From the sequence record PQ433351.1: a DNA stretch of 44,261 bases. The stretch is one strand, 5' to 3'. The notes beneath the pieces are model-generated. The model saw only the letters and a list, made by a program, of their open reading frames with translations, was not told the origin of the DNA and did no database searches. Source of the stretch: Escherichia phage vB_Ec-G9. Below are positions 8,956 through 18,080 of the stretch, one piece after another; positions within the stretch are counted from its first letter, which is position 1, and each line of letters opens with the position of its first letter. The translations under genes were made by a program, and so were the position numbers.

Positions 8956-9896
8956 TAGATGCTGATATGTTACCTTACATCGTCGGGTATACAATCAGTG
9001 ACATGACTTATGTACGAGCTACAACTCGTGTTAAGTCAGGACAAGTCCCATCAATCAAAGATACCCCTGAGTGTAAGCAAGCGTGTGACCGTGTGAACTC
9101 CTTGCTTAACTCTTGGGTGTATGCAGCAGAGTGTGATGCTGCTAAGTTATTCATGACGAAATCAGAAGCTAACTTCCGTGTCCGCCTAGCATTCACCAAG
9201 CCTTACAAGGGTCAACGTAAGACCGAGAAGCCTCCATTCTTCTATGAATTGCGAGAGCATCTCTTAGAGGTTCATGGTGCAATCTTGGCAGATGGAGAAG
9301 AGGCTGATGACCTCATGAGCATTGCACAATGGGACAGCCACCGCCGCTTCCAGCAAGATACAGGTAACGAGTTCCCTATCGGTAGTCCAGAGCATAAAGC
9401 ATTCTCTGATACTTGCATCGTTTCCTTAGATAAGGATTTGATGATTGTTCCCGGTTGGCATCTTCAGCCGGGTCAAGAGAAGAAATGGGTAGAGCCTATG
9501 GGTTGGCTTGAGTTACGCCGTAAGGCTAATGGTCAGGTTAAAGACCTTAAAGGTGCTGGCCTCATGTTTCATTATGCACAGATGATTATCGGTGATGATA
9601 TTGATAACTATGCTGGCATACCTGGACGTGGTGCTAGATACGCCTATGATCTTCTCAAAGATTGTAAGACAGAGAAAGAGTTGTACATGGCAGTGCTTGG
9701 TGCTTACAAGGCTAAGTTCGGACATGGACAAGTTAAGATTAAGAATTACCGAGGGGGTTATCGTATCGGCAAGGCTTTTGACCTGATGCTCGAATGTGGT
9801 CGCCTAGCTCACATGGCAAGATTCAAAGGTGATATATGGCGAGCCGATAAGAACCCAATCTTGTGGGGAGATGATGCGGAATGGTTAGCAAATTAA
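8868..9896 (+). CDS. 5'-3' exonuclease (T7 gp6-like, FEN family)
   Basis: N-terminal IALIDADML and YKGQRK, EEADD motifs parallel T7 gp6 ILVMDGDWL / YKANRK / EGDD; start at ATG 8868 (RBS GAGGAG). Confidence 0.8.
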   Translation: MRPNFDFGATVSEDNNLILWPTEGNRIALIDADMLPYIVGYTISDMTYVRATTRVKSGQVPSIKDTPECKQACDRVNSLLNSWVYAAECDAAKLFMTKSEANFRVRLAFTKPYKGQRKTEKPPFFYELREHLLEVHGAILADGEEADDLMSIAQWDSHRRFQQDTGNEFPIGSPEHKAFSDTCIVSLDKDLMIVPGWHLQPGQEKKWVEPMGWLELRRKANGQVKDLKGAGLMFHYAQMIIGDDIDNYAGIPGRGARYAYDLLKDCKTEKELYMAVLGAYKAKFGHGQVKIKNYRGGYRIGKAFDLMLECGRLAHMARFKGDIWRADKNPILWGDDAEWLAN

Positions 9897-10282
9897 AATC
9901 ATCTGAGGTAGCAGCTTATAAGAGGGAATTGCTAGAGAAGCAAGGATGGAAGTGCCCCCTATGTGGCGGCAGTCTCAAGGCTGTTACTCCTATAAACCGT
10001 GTACTTGACCATGACCATGAGACAGGATTCTGCCGTGCTGTTGTATGCCGAGGCTGCAATGGTGCAGAAGGAAAGATTAAGGGTGTTATCTCTGGTTACG
10101 GTAAGGCGGGTAACAACCGTTACTTCCAGCTTCAATGGTTAGAGCGACTATATGAATACTGGAAGTTACATAGTACGCCTCAGACAGATAAGTTATATCA
10201 CAAACATCAAACGGAGGCAGAGAAGCGCGAGGCTAAGAACCGTAAGGCACGCCTTGCTTATGCAAGAAAGAAAGGAGTATGA
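9881..10282 (+). CDS. endonuclease VII-type Holliday junction resolvase
   Basis: CPLCG...DHDHETG...CRGCN zinc/HxH motif pattern typical of T4 endo VII family. Confidence 0.75.
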   Translation: MVSKLKSSEVAAYKRELLEKQGWKCPLCGGSLKAVTPINRVLDHDHETGFCRAVVCRGCNGAEGKIKGVISGYGKAGNNRYFQLQWLERLYEYWKLHSTPQTDKLYHKHQTEAEKREAKNRKARLAYARKKGV

Positions 10283-10283
10283 T

Positions 10284-10715
10284 ATGGACTGTATAGACCA
10301 CGGGCATTATAAGTGCTTAAATCAATTAGGTTACTACAGGTCGTGGCATAAACCTAGTAAGAAGTTGCAATTACTTCATCGCGTGGTCTATGCAGAGCAC
10401 CACGGCCTTTCTATAGAGGATATAAAGGATGTAGTGATTAGACACACTTGTGATAATGCAAGATGTATAAACCCTGCACACTTAATATCTGGTACACAGC
10501 AGGACAACATTCAAGACATGATAGGTAGAGGCAGGCGTGCTAGCTTTGCAGGCGAAAAGAATAATCGCGCTAAACTGACTTGGGATGTTGTACGTGCTAT
10601 CAGGGCAACATATGTTGCTAATAAGAAAGGTGAGAGGTTACGACTAGCTAAGCTATATAATGTCTCACCTGCTACCATTAGTGATATTGTAAGCGGGAGG
10701 GTTTGGAAAGAATAA
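10284..10715 (+). CDS. HNH homing endonuclease
   Basis: LHRVVYAEHHG ... VIRHTCDNARCINPAHL (HNH_3-like) plus C-terminal DNA-binding tail; RBS AAAGGAG. Confidence 0.8.
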   Translation: MDCIDHGHYKCLNQLGYYRSWHKPSKKLQLLHRVVYAEHHGLSIEDIKDVVIRHTCDNARCINPAHLISGTQQDNIQDMIGRGRRASFAGEKNNRAKLTWDVVRAIRATYVANKKGERLRLAKLYNVSPATISDIVSGRVWKE

Positions 10716-11722
10716 TGGGTAAGATTAGAAACTTGTTTACTAATAAGGAGGTAGAAGAAGCAGTTGAAAGTGCAAAGCGCGATGATGGCACTATCAACTA
10801 TCGCCTGATGGCGTCTATTCTCTCAGATAACACACATGGGACTACAGTTACAAGGCAGCTTGCAAAGTATTGGGCCAAACAGTTTGAAAAGCGGAAGAAG
10901 AATGGCGAGGCGTATGAAACCTTGGCTATTGCGAACCGTGCTATCAAAGAAGAACGTAAGCTCAGGACTCCTGACCGCTACGAGGATTTGGCTATTGTAC
11001 CATTGCCTGACTCGCCTCATCGAAGTGTATTGGTAATACCTGACACCCATGCACCTTATGAGCATCCAGATACATTAGAGTTTCTGGCAGCGGTGGCAGC
11101 ACGTTACCGTCCAGACACTGTAATTCATCTTGGTGATGAGGCGGACAAGCACGCACTTTCATTCCATACGTCAGATCCTAATCTGGATTCTGCTGGTATG
11201 GAGTTAGAGAAGGCTCGTATCTTCATGCGTAAATTACATAAGATGTTCCCTGTAATGCGCATCTGCCACTCTAATCATGGCTCCTTACATTTCCGTAAGG
11301 CCAGTGCTCATGGCATCCCTGTGCAATACCTGCGCACCTACCGTGAAGTCTTCTTCCCGCAGGGAGGTGGCGACCAGTGGGATTGGCAGCATACGCACGT
11401 CCTTGAGTTGCCGAATGGTGAACAAGTGGCATTCAAGCATCAACCTGCTGGCTCTGTCCTAGCAGATGCAGCGCATGAGCGTATGAACCTTGTGTGTGGT
11501 CACTTGCACGGTAAGATGTCTGTGGAGTACGCACGTAATACACATGAACAGTATTGGGCTGTGCAAGGTGGCTGCTTAATTGATGAGTCATCCCGTGCAT
11601 TTGCCTATGGGCGTGAGTCTAAATACAAGCCAGCATTAGGTTGTGTGGTTATTCTGGAGGGTGTACCTCATATTGTCCCGATGCAAACCAATAGCGACAA
11701 CCGTTGGATTGGCAAGATTTAG
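10715..11722 (+). CDS. calcineurin-like metallophosphoesterase
   Basis: VIPDTHAPY ... HLGDEADKH ... CGHLHG: DxH / GDxxD / GHxH metallophosphatase motifs. Confidence 0.75.
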   Translation: MGKIRNLFTNKEVEEAVESAKRDDGTINYRLMASILSDNTHGTTVTRQLAKYWAKQFEKRKKNGEAYETLAIANRAIKEERKLRTPDRYEDLAIVPLPDSPHRSVLVIPDTHAPYEHPDTLEFLAAVAARYRPDTVIHLGDEADKHALSFHTSDPNLDSAGMELEKARIFMRKLHKMFPVMRICHSNHGSLHFRKASAHGIPVQYLRTYREVFFPQGGGDQWDWQHTHVLELPNGEQVAFKHQPAGSVLADAAHERMNLVCGHLHGKMSVEYARNTHEQYWAVQGGCLIDESSRAFAYGRESKYKPALGCVVILEGVPHIVPMQTNSDNRWIGKI

Positions 11723-11742
11723 TTGACACTATAGAACAAAGG
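11717..11742 (+). promoter_or_regulatory. phage RNAP promoter (variant -12 to -10 GTT)
   Basis: GATTTAGTTGACACTATAGAACAAAG. Confidence 0.7.
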
Positions 11743-11822
11743 GCTAGGTAAGACTTTATCGGCTGGTGTATCCAAATGATATTGCACTAGCCCTTGATTG
11801 TATAGTGAATGGAGGATTCAAT

Positions 11823-12326
11823 ATGTCACACTATGAATGTAAGAAGTGTCATAAGCGTTATGATTACTGTACTTGTGGTCAAGAGAAAACATCTTTTAAA
11901 GTTGGAGACAAGGTATTTCGTAATGAAAAAGATTCGATTCCTTGGAATCAATACTGCAAAGAAGCTGGTATTGACCCTGATAGCCCTGTAACCATAGATG
12001 ATATTGATGGCATTAACTTGTGCTTTCGTGAGGTGAGGGGTACAGGTTGGGATTCCAAAAAATTCAAACTTGCATCTGATAAGTTAGACAACAATATGGT
12101 AACTCAGCCTAAGCACTACGAGTTCTTTGATGGCGTAGAAGCAATTACTATCATCGCCCGTAGTATGACCGAGAAGCAATTCGCGGGGTATTGCATGGGT
12201 AATGCTTTGAAGTATCGTCTGCGTGCAGGTAAGAAGTTCAATACTGAAGAAGACCTGAAGAAAGCAGACTACTACAAAGAGTTATTCCAGAAGCATCGTC
12301 ACGAATGTATTGATGAGGATATTTGA
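11823..12326 (+). CDS. hypothetical protein with N-terminal Cys-rich zinc-ribbon-like segment (167 aa)
   Basis: RBS GGAGG before ATG 11823; CKKCHKRYDYCTC; conserved-looking C-terminal block GYCMGNALKYRLRAGKK. Confidence 0.6.
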   Translation: MSHYECKKCHKRYDYCTCGQEKTSFKVGDKVFRNEKDSIPWNQYCKEAGIDPDSPVTIDDIDGINLCFREVRGTGWDSKKFKLASDKLDNNMVTQPKHYEFFDGVEAITIIARSMTEKQFAGYCMGNALKYRLRAGKKFNTEEDLKKADYYKELFQKHRHECIDEDI

Positions 12327-12327
12327 T

Positions 12328-13275
12328 ATGAATATCTTTGAGTTCCTAGGTCTTCCAGAAGACCACCGCAATCACCCATTCATGCTGGTGAAGCATCGCG
12401 GTGAAGTTCCTGAGAAGAAATTAACTTTTCCATGTTATGCACAGGTGAAACGAGATGGAATATTCAGTGCTGTTGTGGTGCGCAATGATGGTGCTGTTGC
12501 CATCTTTGGTCGTACTGGTAAGAAGCTCGCAAATGTTGAATCCTTGGAAAAGACATTTAGTTTATTTCCTGTCGGGTTGTATCTTGGTGAGTTGCAATCT
12601 ATGGCTGTTGATGTTTATCTTGAAGCTCTGTCAGGAGTGGTAAACCCTAATCGTACAGAGCCACTTGACTTCATAGGCCAGCAGATTAAAGACAACCTGT
12701 ATATCGACTTCTTCGATATGTTAACTATTAAGGCATTCCATGATGGATTCACTGATGTTTCTTATCTCAAACGTTACGATGCTTTACATCGTCGCATCGG
12801 CGCTCATCTTAGCGGGTACAACGCTATCCTTCCTATTACTCCTTGCCATAATGAGCGAGAAGTTGAAGCGTTTGCGCAAGAGCAGATAGACGCAGGCCGA
12901 GAGGGTGCTGTATTCAAACTGGACTGCGATTATGAAGCAGGCCACAAAGGTTATCGTCAGACTAAAGAAGTCCGTAAGGTAACTTATGACCTTACTTGTA
13001 TTGGCTTTGAAGAAGGTAAAGGTAAGTACAAAGGTAAGGTAGCTAACCTCATTTTCAAATGGAAAGGAGGCAAGACAATCAAAGCTATGTTAGGTAAAGG
13101 GTGGACTCATGCAGATGCAGAACAGATGTTCCACGACATTAAACATGGTGGACGATTGAATGTCATTGGTAAAATCTTTGAAGTCAAAGGTCTTCAGGAT
13201 TCAAGCAAGGGCAACATTCGTCTGCCCAAAGCGGGAGAATTAAGACATGACAAAGATGAACCAGATTTCTTTTGA
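12328..13275 (+). CDS. ATP-dependent DNA ligase
   Basis: Motif I KRDG (AQVKRDGIFS), EGAVFK motif; size and position fit phage ligase. Confidence 0.8.
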   Translation: MNIFEFLGLPEDHRNHPFMLVKHRGEVPEKKLTFPCYAQVKRDGIFSAVVVRNDGAVAIFGRTGKKLANVESLEKTFSLFPVGLYLGELQSMAVDVYLEALSGVVNPNRTEPLDFIGQQIKDNLYIDFFDMLTIKAFHDGFTDVSYLKRYDALHRRIGAHLSGYNAILPITPCHNEREVEAFAQEQIDAGREGAVFKLDCDYEAGHKGYRQTKEVRKVTYDLTCIGFEEGKGKYKGKVANLIFKWKGGKTIKAMLGKGWTHADAEQMFHDIKHGGRLNVIGKIFEVKGLQDSSKGNIRLPKAGELRHDKDEPDFF

Positions 13276-13462
13276 TAGCATGAAGGCAACTCGTGCAGTT
13301 GAGGTAGCAGAAGCTATCTTTGAAACTTTATCCTGTGGCATGGAAGTGCCATATACTTTACTTGCTGATGCAGAAGAACTTGGTCTTTCTGTAGAAGCTA
13401 TCCAAGAGAAGGTTGACGAATTATATGGTACAGACGAAGAAGAAACCGACGATTTCATTTGA
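13247..13462 (+). CDS. small acidic protein (71 aa)
   Basis: RBS GGAGA; acidic C-terminus TDEEETDDFI. Confidence 0.5.
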   Translation: MTKMNQISFDSMKATRAVEVAEAIFETLSCGMEVPYTLLADAEELGLSVEAIQEKVDELYGTDEEETDDFI

Positions 13463-13466
13463 AGGA

Positions 13467-13595
13467 ATGGAGATGCTTGAGATGATTCTCAAGCCTTCTT
13501 CTCCGAAGGTGACTAAGACTCATGAAGAGTTAATCGTTGATGAAGTGAAGCGTTACATCATGGATTGTGTCAGAGCACAACTGGTGGTCCAATGA
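13467..13595 (+). CDS. hypothetical small protein (42 aa)
   Basis: ATG 13467 with GAAGGA upstream; stop overlaps next start. Confidence 0.3.
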   Translation: MEMLEMILKPSSPKVTKTHEELIVDEVKRYIMDCVRAQLVVQ

Positions 13596-14053
13596 TACGT
13601 CCAGCTTCCTTCCTAGATATTCCTGAGATTATAAACCTTGGGAATAAATATGTGGAAGAGGAAGTCAAGGTAGTGGCCCATCACTCAGCCTCATGGAATG
13701 TAGAACAAAGCGCGCATAACCTTTGCGCATCTCTTAGTAGAGAAGATTTATTCCTATGGGTTGCTGTAGATGAAGGGCGGATTGTAGGGTTCCTGTGGGC
13801 TGGCTATCACGAGTTGGGCCCTTGGACACCTGTAAGGGTTGCCTCTGACATTCTCTTTTATATTATACCAGAGAAGCGAGGAACCCTACTTGGTATGCGT
13901 CTCATCAAAGCCCTAAAGCAATGGGCTAGTGATAATGAATGCTCTGAGGTTCGCCTGTCTATCGCCTCTGGTATTAATGAAGAACGTGTCGGACGTATGT
14001 ATAAGCGACTTGGCTTTGAACCGTTTGGCACTGTGTACAACCTGAAGTTCTAA
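13592..14053 (+). CDS. GNAT-family N-acetyltransferase
   Basis: GNAT-like core IVGFLWAG ... EKRGTLLGMRLIKAL ... YKRLGFEPFG. Confidence 0.65.
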   Translation: MIRPASFLDIPEIINLGNKYVEEEVKVVAHHSASWNVEQSAHNLCASLSREDLFLWVAVDEGRIVGFLWAGYHELGPWTPVRVASDILFYIIPEKRGTLLGMRLIKALKQWASDNECSEVRLSIASGINEERVGRMYKRLGFEPFGTVYNLKF

Positions 14054-14062
14054 GGAGATAAT

Positions 14063-14272
14063 ATGGGTGTTGTAAAGAAAGCATTTAAGGCTATCGGTCT
14101 TGCTCAAGATGCACCACGTATTGAAGCCAAAGTCCCAGCACAGCAGCTTGAGCGTAAGCCTGAGACTGAAGCTGAAGATATTCAAATTGGTGCAGGTGGT
14201 GATGATGCGACTGCATCTGCAAAAGGTAAGCGCGGCCTTGTCCGTCCGGTAGCTTCTAGCTTGAAGGTGTAA
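14063..14272 (+). CDS. hypothetical protein (69 aa), possibly virion-associated
   Basis: Strong RBS TAAGGAG; immediately upstream of portal. Confidence 0.5.
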   Translation: MGVVKKAFKAIGLAQDAPRIEAKVPAQQLERKPETEAEDIQIGAGGDDATASAKGKRGLVRPVASSLKV

Positions 14273-14273
14273 T

Positions 14274-15824
14274 ATGAAACAGAGCACAGATTTGGAGTAT
14301 GGAGGTAAGCGGTCTAAGATACCTAAGCTATGGGAGAAGTTCTCCACTAAACGTAGCTCTTTCCTTGATAGGGCGAAGCATTACTCCAAATTAACCTTGC
14401 CCTATCTGATGAATGACAAAGGTGATAACGAGACTTCGCAGAATGGATGGCAAGGTGTAGGTGCTCAGGCAACTAATCATCTAGCCAACAAGCTAGCGCA
14501 AGTACTATTCCCTGCACAGCGTTCCTTCTTCCGTGTAGACTTAACTGCACAAGGTGAGAAGGTTCTTAATCAGCGTGGCCTGAAGAAGACAGAGCTAGCT
14601 ACCATCTTCGCTCAAGTGGAAACACGGGCAATGAAAGAGTTAGAGCAACGTCAATTCCGGCCTGCTGTAGTGGAAGCATTCAAGCATCTTATTGTTGCTG
14701 GTAGCTGTATGCTATACAAGCCGAGCAAAGGTGCAATCAGTGCTATCCCAATGCATCACTATGTAGTTAACCGTGATACCAATGGCGACCTGTTAGACAT
14801 TATCTTACTGCAAGAGAAAGCCTTACGCACCTTTGACCCAGCTACACGTGCTGTAGTAGAGGTTGGCCTGAAAGGTAAGAAGTGCAAGGAAGATGACAGC
14901 GTTAAGCTGTACACACATGCTAAGTATCTTGGTGATGGATTTTGGGAACTCAAGCAATCTGCTGATGATATCCCTGTGGGTAAGGTGAGTAAAATCAAAT
15001 CAGAAAAGCTACCTTTCATCCCATTAACTTGGAAGCGAAGCTATGGTGAGGATTGGGGTCGCCCTCTTGCAGAGGATTACTCCGGTGATTTATTCGTTAT
15101 CCAATTCTTATCTGAAGCGGTTGCCCGTGGTGCTGCGCTGATGGCAGATATCAAGTACCTGATTCGTCCGGGTGCTCAAACTGATGTTGACCACTTTGTT
15201 AACTCTGGCACTGGTGAGGTTGTCACTGGTGTAGAAGAAGACATCCATATTGTACAGTTAGGTAAGTACGCAGACCTCACACCTATTAGCGCGGTTCTAG
15301 AGGTATACACTCGCCGTATCGGTGTTGTCTTCATGATGGAGACAATGACACGCCGTGACGCCGAACGTGTTACTGCTGTAGAAATCCAGCGAGATGCGTT
15401 AGAGATTGAGCAGAACATGGGTGGTGTATACTCCCTCTTTGCTACTACTATGCAATCGCCAGTAGCGATGTGGGGTCTGCTGGAGGCAGGGGAGTCCTTC
15501 ACTAGTGACTTAGTGGACCCTGTGATTATCACAGGTATTGAAGCTTTAGGACGCATGGCTGAGTTGGATAAACTGGCTAACTTTGCTCAGTATATGTCAC
15601 TGCCATTACAATGGCCTGAGCCTGTCCTAGCTGCTGTGAAATGGCCTGACTATATGGATTGGGTGCGTGGTCAAATCTCTGCTGAACTGCCGTTCCTTAA
15701 ATCGGCTGAAGAGATGGCACAAGAACAGGAAGCGCAGATGCAAGCACAGCAAGCACAGATGCTTGAAGAAGGTGTGGCTAAGGCCGTGCCGGGTGTAATT
15801 CAACAAGAACTTAAGGAGGCGTAA
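14274..15824 (+). CDS. portal (head-tail connector) protein
   Basis: Size, position before scaffold/capsid and sequence parallels to T7 gp8 (e.g. WQGVGAQATNHLANKL vs WQAVGARGLNNLASKL). Confidence 0.9.
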   Translation: MKQSTDLEYGGKRSKIPKLWEKFSTKRSSFLDRAKHYSKLTLPYLMNDKGDNETSQNGWQGVGAQATNHLANKLAQVLFPAQRSFFRVDLTAQGEKVLNQRGLKKTELATIFAQVETRAMKELEQRQFRPAVVEAFKHLIVAGSCMLYKPSKGAISAIPMHHYVVNRDTNGDLLDIILLQEKALRTFDPATRAVVEVGLKGKKCKEDDSVKLYTHAKYLGDGFWELKQSADDIPVGKVSKIKSEKLPFIPLTWKRSYGEDWGRPLAEDYSGDLFVIQFLSEAVARGAALMADIKYLIRPGAQTDVDHFVNSGTGEVVTGVEEDIHIVQLGKYADLTPISAVLEVYTRRIGVVFMMETMTRRDAERVTAVEIQRDALEIEQNMGGVYSLFATTMQSPVAMWGLLEAGESFTSDLVDPVIITGIEALGRMAELDKLANFAQYMSLPLQWPEPVLAAVKWPDYMDWVRGQISAELPFLKSAEEMAQEQEAQMQAQQAQMLEEGVAKAVPGVIQQELKEA

Positions 15825-16744
15825 TGTCTTTCTCATTTACTGAACCGTCAACCACTCACCCTACTGCTGAAGAGGGTCCGGTAGAAACCAAGGAGGTAAC
15901 AACTGATGCTGCTACTACTGATGCTCCTGCTGACGCTGGCACTGCTGTACAAGATGACAATGCTGGTGCACAACCTACTGAAGACACCGGAGGAGAAGCT
16001 TCTGGACAGCCTTCAGAAAAAGGAGACAATGGCGGAGAGAATGGTGAACCTAAGCCAGATGATACCGCGACCGACACTGAGGAAGTGCAATACTTCTTCG
16101 GAGAACATGAAGTAACAGTAGACATCCCACAGGATGTAACTGACAGCCTTAAAGAGAAAGGCATTGATGCCAAGCAGGTTGCCAAGGAACTCTATTCCAA
16201 AGGTGGCAAGTTTGAACTGTCAGATGCAACCAAGCAGAAATTGTATGATGCTTTTGGCAAGTTTGCGGTAGATGCTTACCTGTCAGGTCTTAAGGCTCAA
16301 AATGAAGCCTTCTTCCTGAAAGAAGCCAACGCAGCTAAAGAGTTGGAAGCAGCTAACACCCAACGCTTCTCTGATGTTTCTAAGGAAATTGGTGGCGAAG
16401 AAGGTTGGTCCCGTCTTGAGGAGTGGGCGCTTGAAACTCTATCCGATGACGAACTCACGGCATTCAATGCGGTGATGGAGTCTGGCAACCAATACCTTCA
16501 GCAATATGCTGTGCGTGAACTAGAAAGCCGCCGGAAATCTGCACAGGGTGATGACAAGCCAAACTTGATTGAACCCTCTGCACCTGCTGCTGCGTCTGAA
16601 GACAACGGCCCACTATCGCGTGAGCAGTACCTGCGTGAGATGATGACCCTTAGCTCTCGTTTCGGTACAGACAAGAAAGCGGCTGCTGAGTATCAGGCTA
16701 AACTGGATGCTCGCCGTCGTGCGGGGATGGCTCGCGGACTCTAA
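15824..16744 (+). CDS. scaffolding protein
   Basis: Acidic, low-complexity, between portal and capsid. Confidence 0.75.
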   Translation: MSFSFTEPSTTHPTAEEGPVETKEVTTDAATTDAPADAGTAVQDDNAGAQPTEDTGGEASGQPSEKGDNGGENGEPKPDDTATDTEEVQYFFGEHEVTVDIPQDVTDSLKEKGIDAKQVAKELYSKGGKFELSDATKQKLYDAFGKFAVDAYLSGLKAQNEAFFLKEANAAKELEAANTQRFSDVSKEIGGEEGWSRLEEWALETLSDDELTAFNAVMESGNQYLQQYAVRELESRRKSAQGDDKPNLIEPSAPAAASEDNGPLSREQYLREMMTLSSRFGTDKKAAAEYQAKLDARRRAGMARGL

Positions 16745-16748
16745 TCAG

Positions 16749-16772
16749 TATTTACTGGACACTATAGAAGGG
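16749..16772 (+). promoter_or_regulatory. phage RNAP promoter upstream of capsid gene
   Basis: TATTTACTGGACACTATAGAAGGG. Confidence 0.85.
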
Positions 16773-16820
16773 AGAAATGTCTCCCTAAAATATCACTTTG
16801 ATTTATAAGGAGGTTTATTA

Positions 16821-18026
16821 ATGTCTACACCGAATACTCTGACCAACGTTGCAGTCTCCGCTTCCGGTGAGGTAGACAGCCTGCTCATTGAGAAATTCAA
16901 TGGTAAGGTGAATGAGCAGTACCTGAAAGGTGAGAACATCATGAGCTACTTTGATGTTCAGACTGTAACTGGTACTAATACTGTAAGCAACAAATACTTG
17001 GGTGAAACCGAGTTGCAGGTTCTAGCACCGGGCCAGTCTCCGGCTGCAACCTCTACTCAGGCAGATAAAAACCAACTGGTAATTGACGCCACTGTTATTG
17101 CTCGTAACACTGTTGCTCACCTGCATGACGTACAGGGTGATATTGATAGCCTGAAGCCGAAGCTTGCTACTAACCAAGCGAAGCAGCTGAAGAAGATGGA
17201 AGATGAAATGCTGATTCAGCAGATGCTGCTGGGCGGTATTGCTAACACTCAGGCTAAGCGTACTAATCCGCGTGTTAAAGGCCATGGCTTCTCTGTCAAC
17301 GTAGAAGTTGCAGAAAGTGAAGCACTGGTCAACCCGCAGTATGTAATGGCGGCTGTAGAGTTTGCTCTGGAGCAGCAGCTTGAGCAGGAAGTAGACATCT
17401 CTGATGTAGCTATCCTGATGCCGTGGCGCTACTTCAACGTACTGCGTGATGCAGACCGTATCGTTGACAAGAGCTACACCATTAGCCAGTCTGGTGCAAC
17501 CATTCAGGGTTTTGTTCTGTCTTCTTACAACTGCCCTGTTATCCCGTCTAACCGCTTCCCTAAATTCTCTGAGGGTCAGAAACATCACCTGCTGTCAAAT
17601 GAAGACAACGGTTATCGTTATGACCCGACTGCAGAAATGAATGGCGCTATCGCGGTACTGTTCACAGCTGACGCTCTTCTTGTTGGTCGTTCAATTGATG
17701 TAACCGGTGATATCTTCTATGAGAAGAAAGAGAAGACCTATTACATTGACACCTTTATGTCTGAAGGTGCAATCCCTGACCGTTGGGAGGCAGTGTCTGT
17801 AGTTACCACCAAGCGAGAGACAAATGGCACGCCTACCACTACTGCAACTCAGGCCGCACAGCATACTCAGGTTCTGAACCGTGCACAGCGTAAAGCAGTG
17901 TATGTCAAGAATGCTGCTCAGGTTGCTGCCGCTGCTTCTAGCTTGTCTGCTGAAGACTTGGTTGCTGCTGTTCGTGCTGTAATGGCTAATGACATTAAGC
18001 CGACTGCAATGAAACCTGCTGAGTAA
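16821..18026 (+). CDS. major capsid protein
   Basis: Strong RBS AAGGAGG, expression-type codon usage, promoter upstream and terminator downstream, position. Confidence 0.9.
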   Translation: MSTPNTLTNVAVSASGEVDSLLIEKFNGKVNEQYLKGENIMSYFDVQTVTGTNTVSNKYLGETELQVLAPGQSPAATSTQADKNQLVIDATVIARNTVAHLHDVQGDIDSLKPKLATNQAKQLKKMEDEMLIQQMLLGGIANTQAKRTNPRVKGHGFSVNVEVAESEALVNPQYVMAAVEFALEQQLEQEVDISDVAILMPWRYFNVLRDADRIVDKSYTISQSGATIQGFVLSSYNCPVIPSNRFPKFSEGQKHHLLSNEDNGYRYDPTAEMNGAIAVLFTADALLVGRSIDVTGDIFYEKKEKTYYIDTFMSEGAIPDRWEAVSVVTTKRETNGTPTTTATQAAQHTQVLNRAQRKAVYVKNAAQVAAAASSLSAEDLVAAVRAVMANDIKPTAMKPAE

Positions 18027-18031
18027 TACCT

Positions 18032-18068
18032 ATGCCCTATCTACCTTGCGTAGGTAGGGTTCTTTTTG
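18032..18068 (+). terminator. intrinsic terminator after capsid gene
   Basis: ATGCCCTATCTACC-TTGCGTA-GGTAGGG followed by TTCTTTTTG. Confidence 0.7.
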
Positions 18069-18080
18069 TTAGGAGGGTTC

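Noticed and set aside
17022-17588. 188-aa minus-strand ORF inside the capsid gene
   Set aside because: Antisense to the best-supported gene in the window; no RBS; all credible genes are on the + strand.
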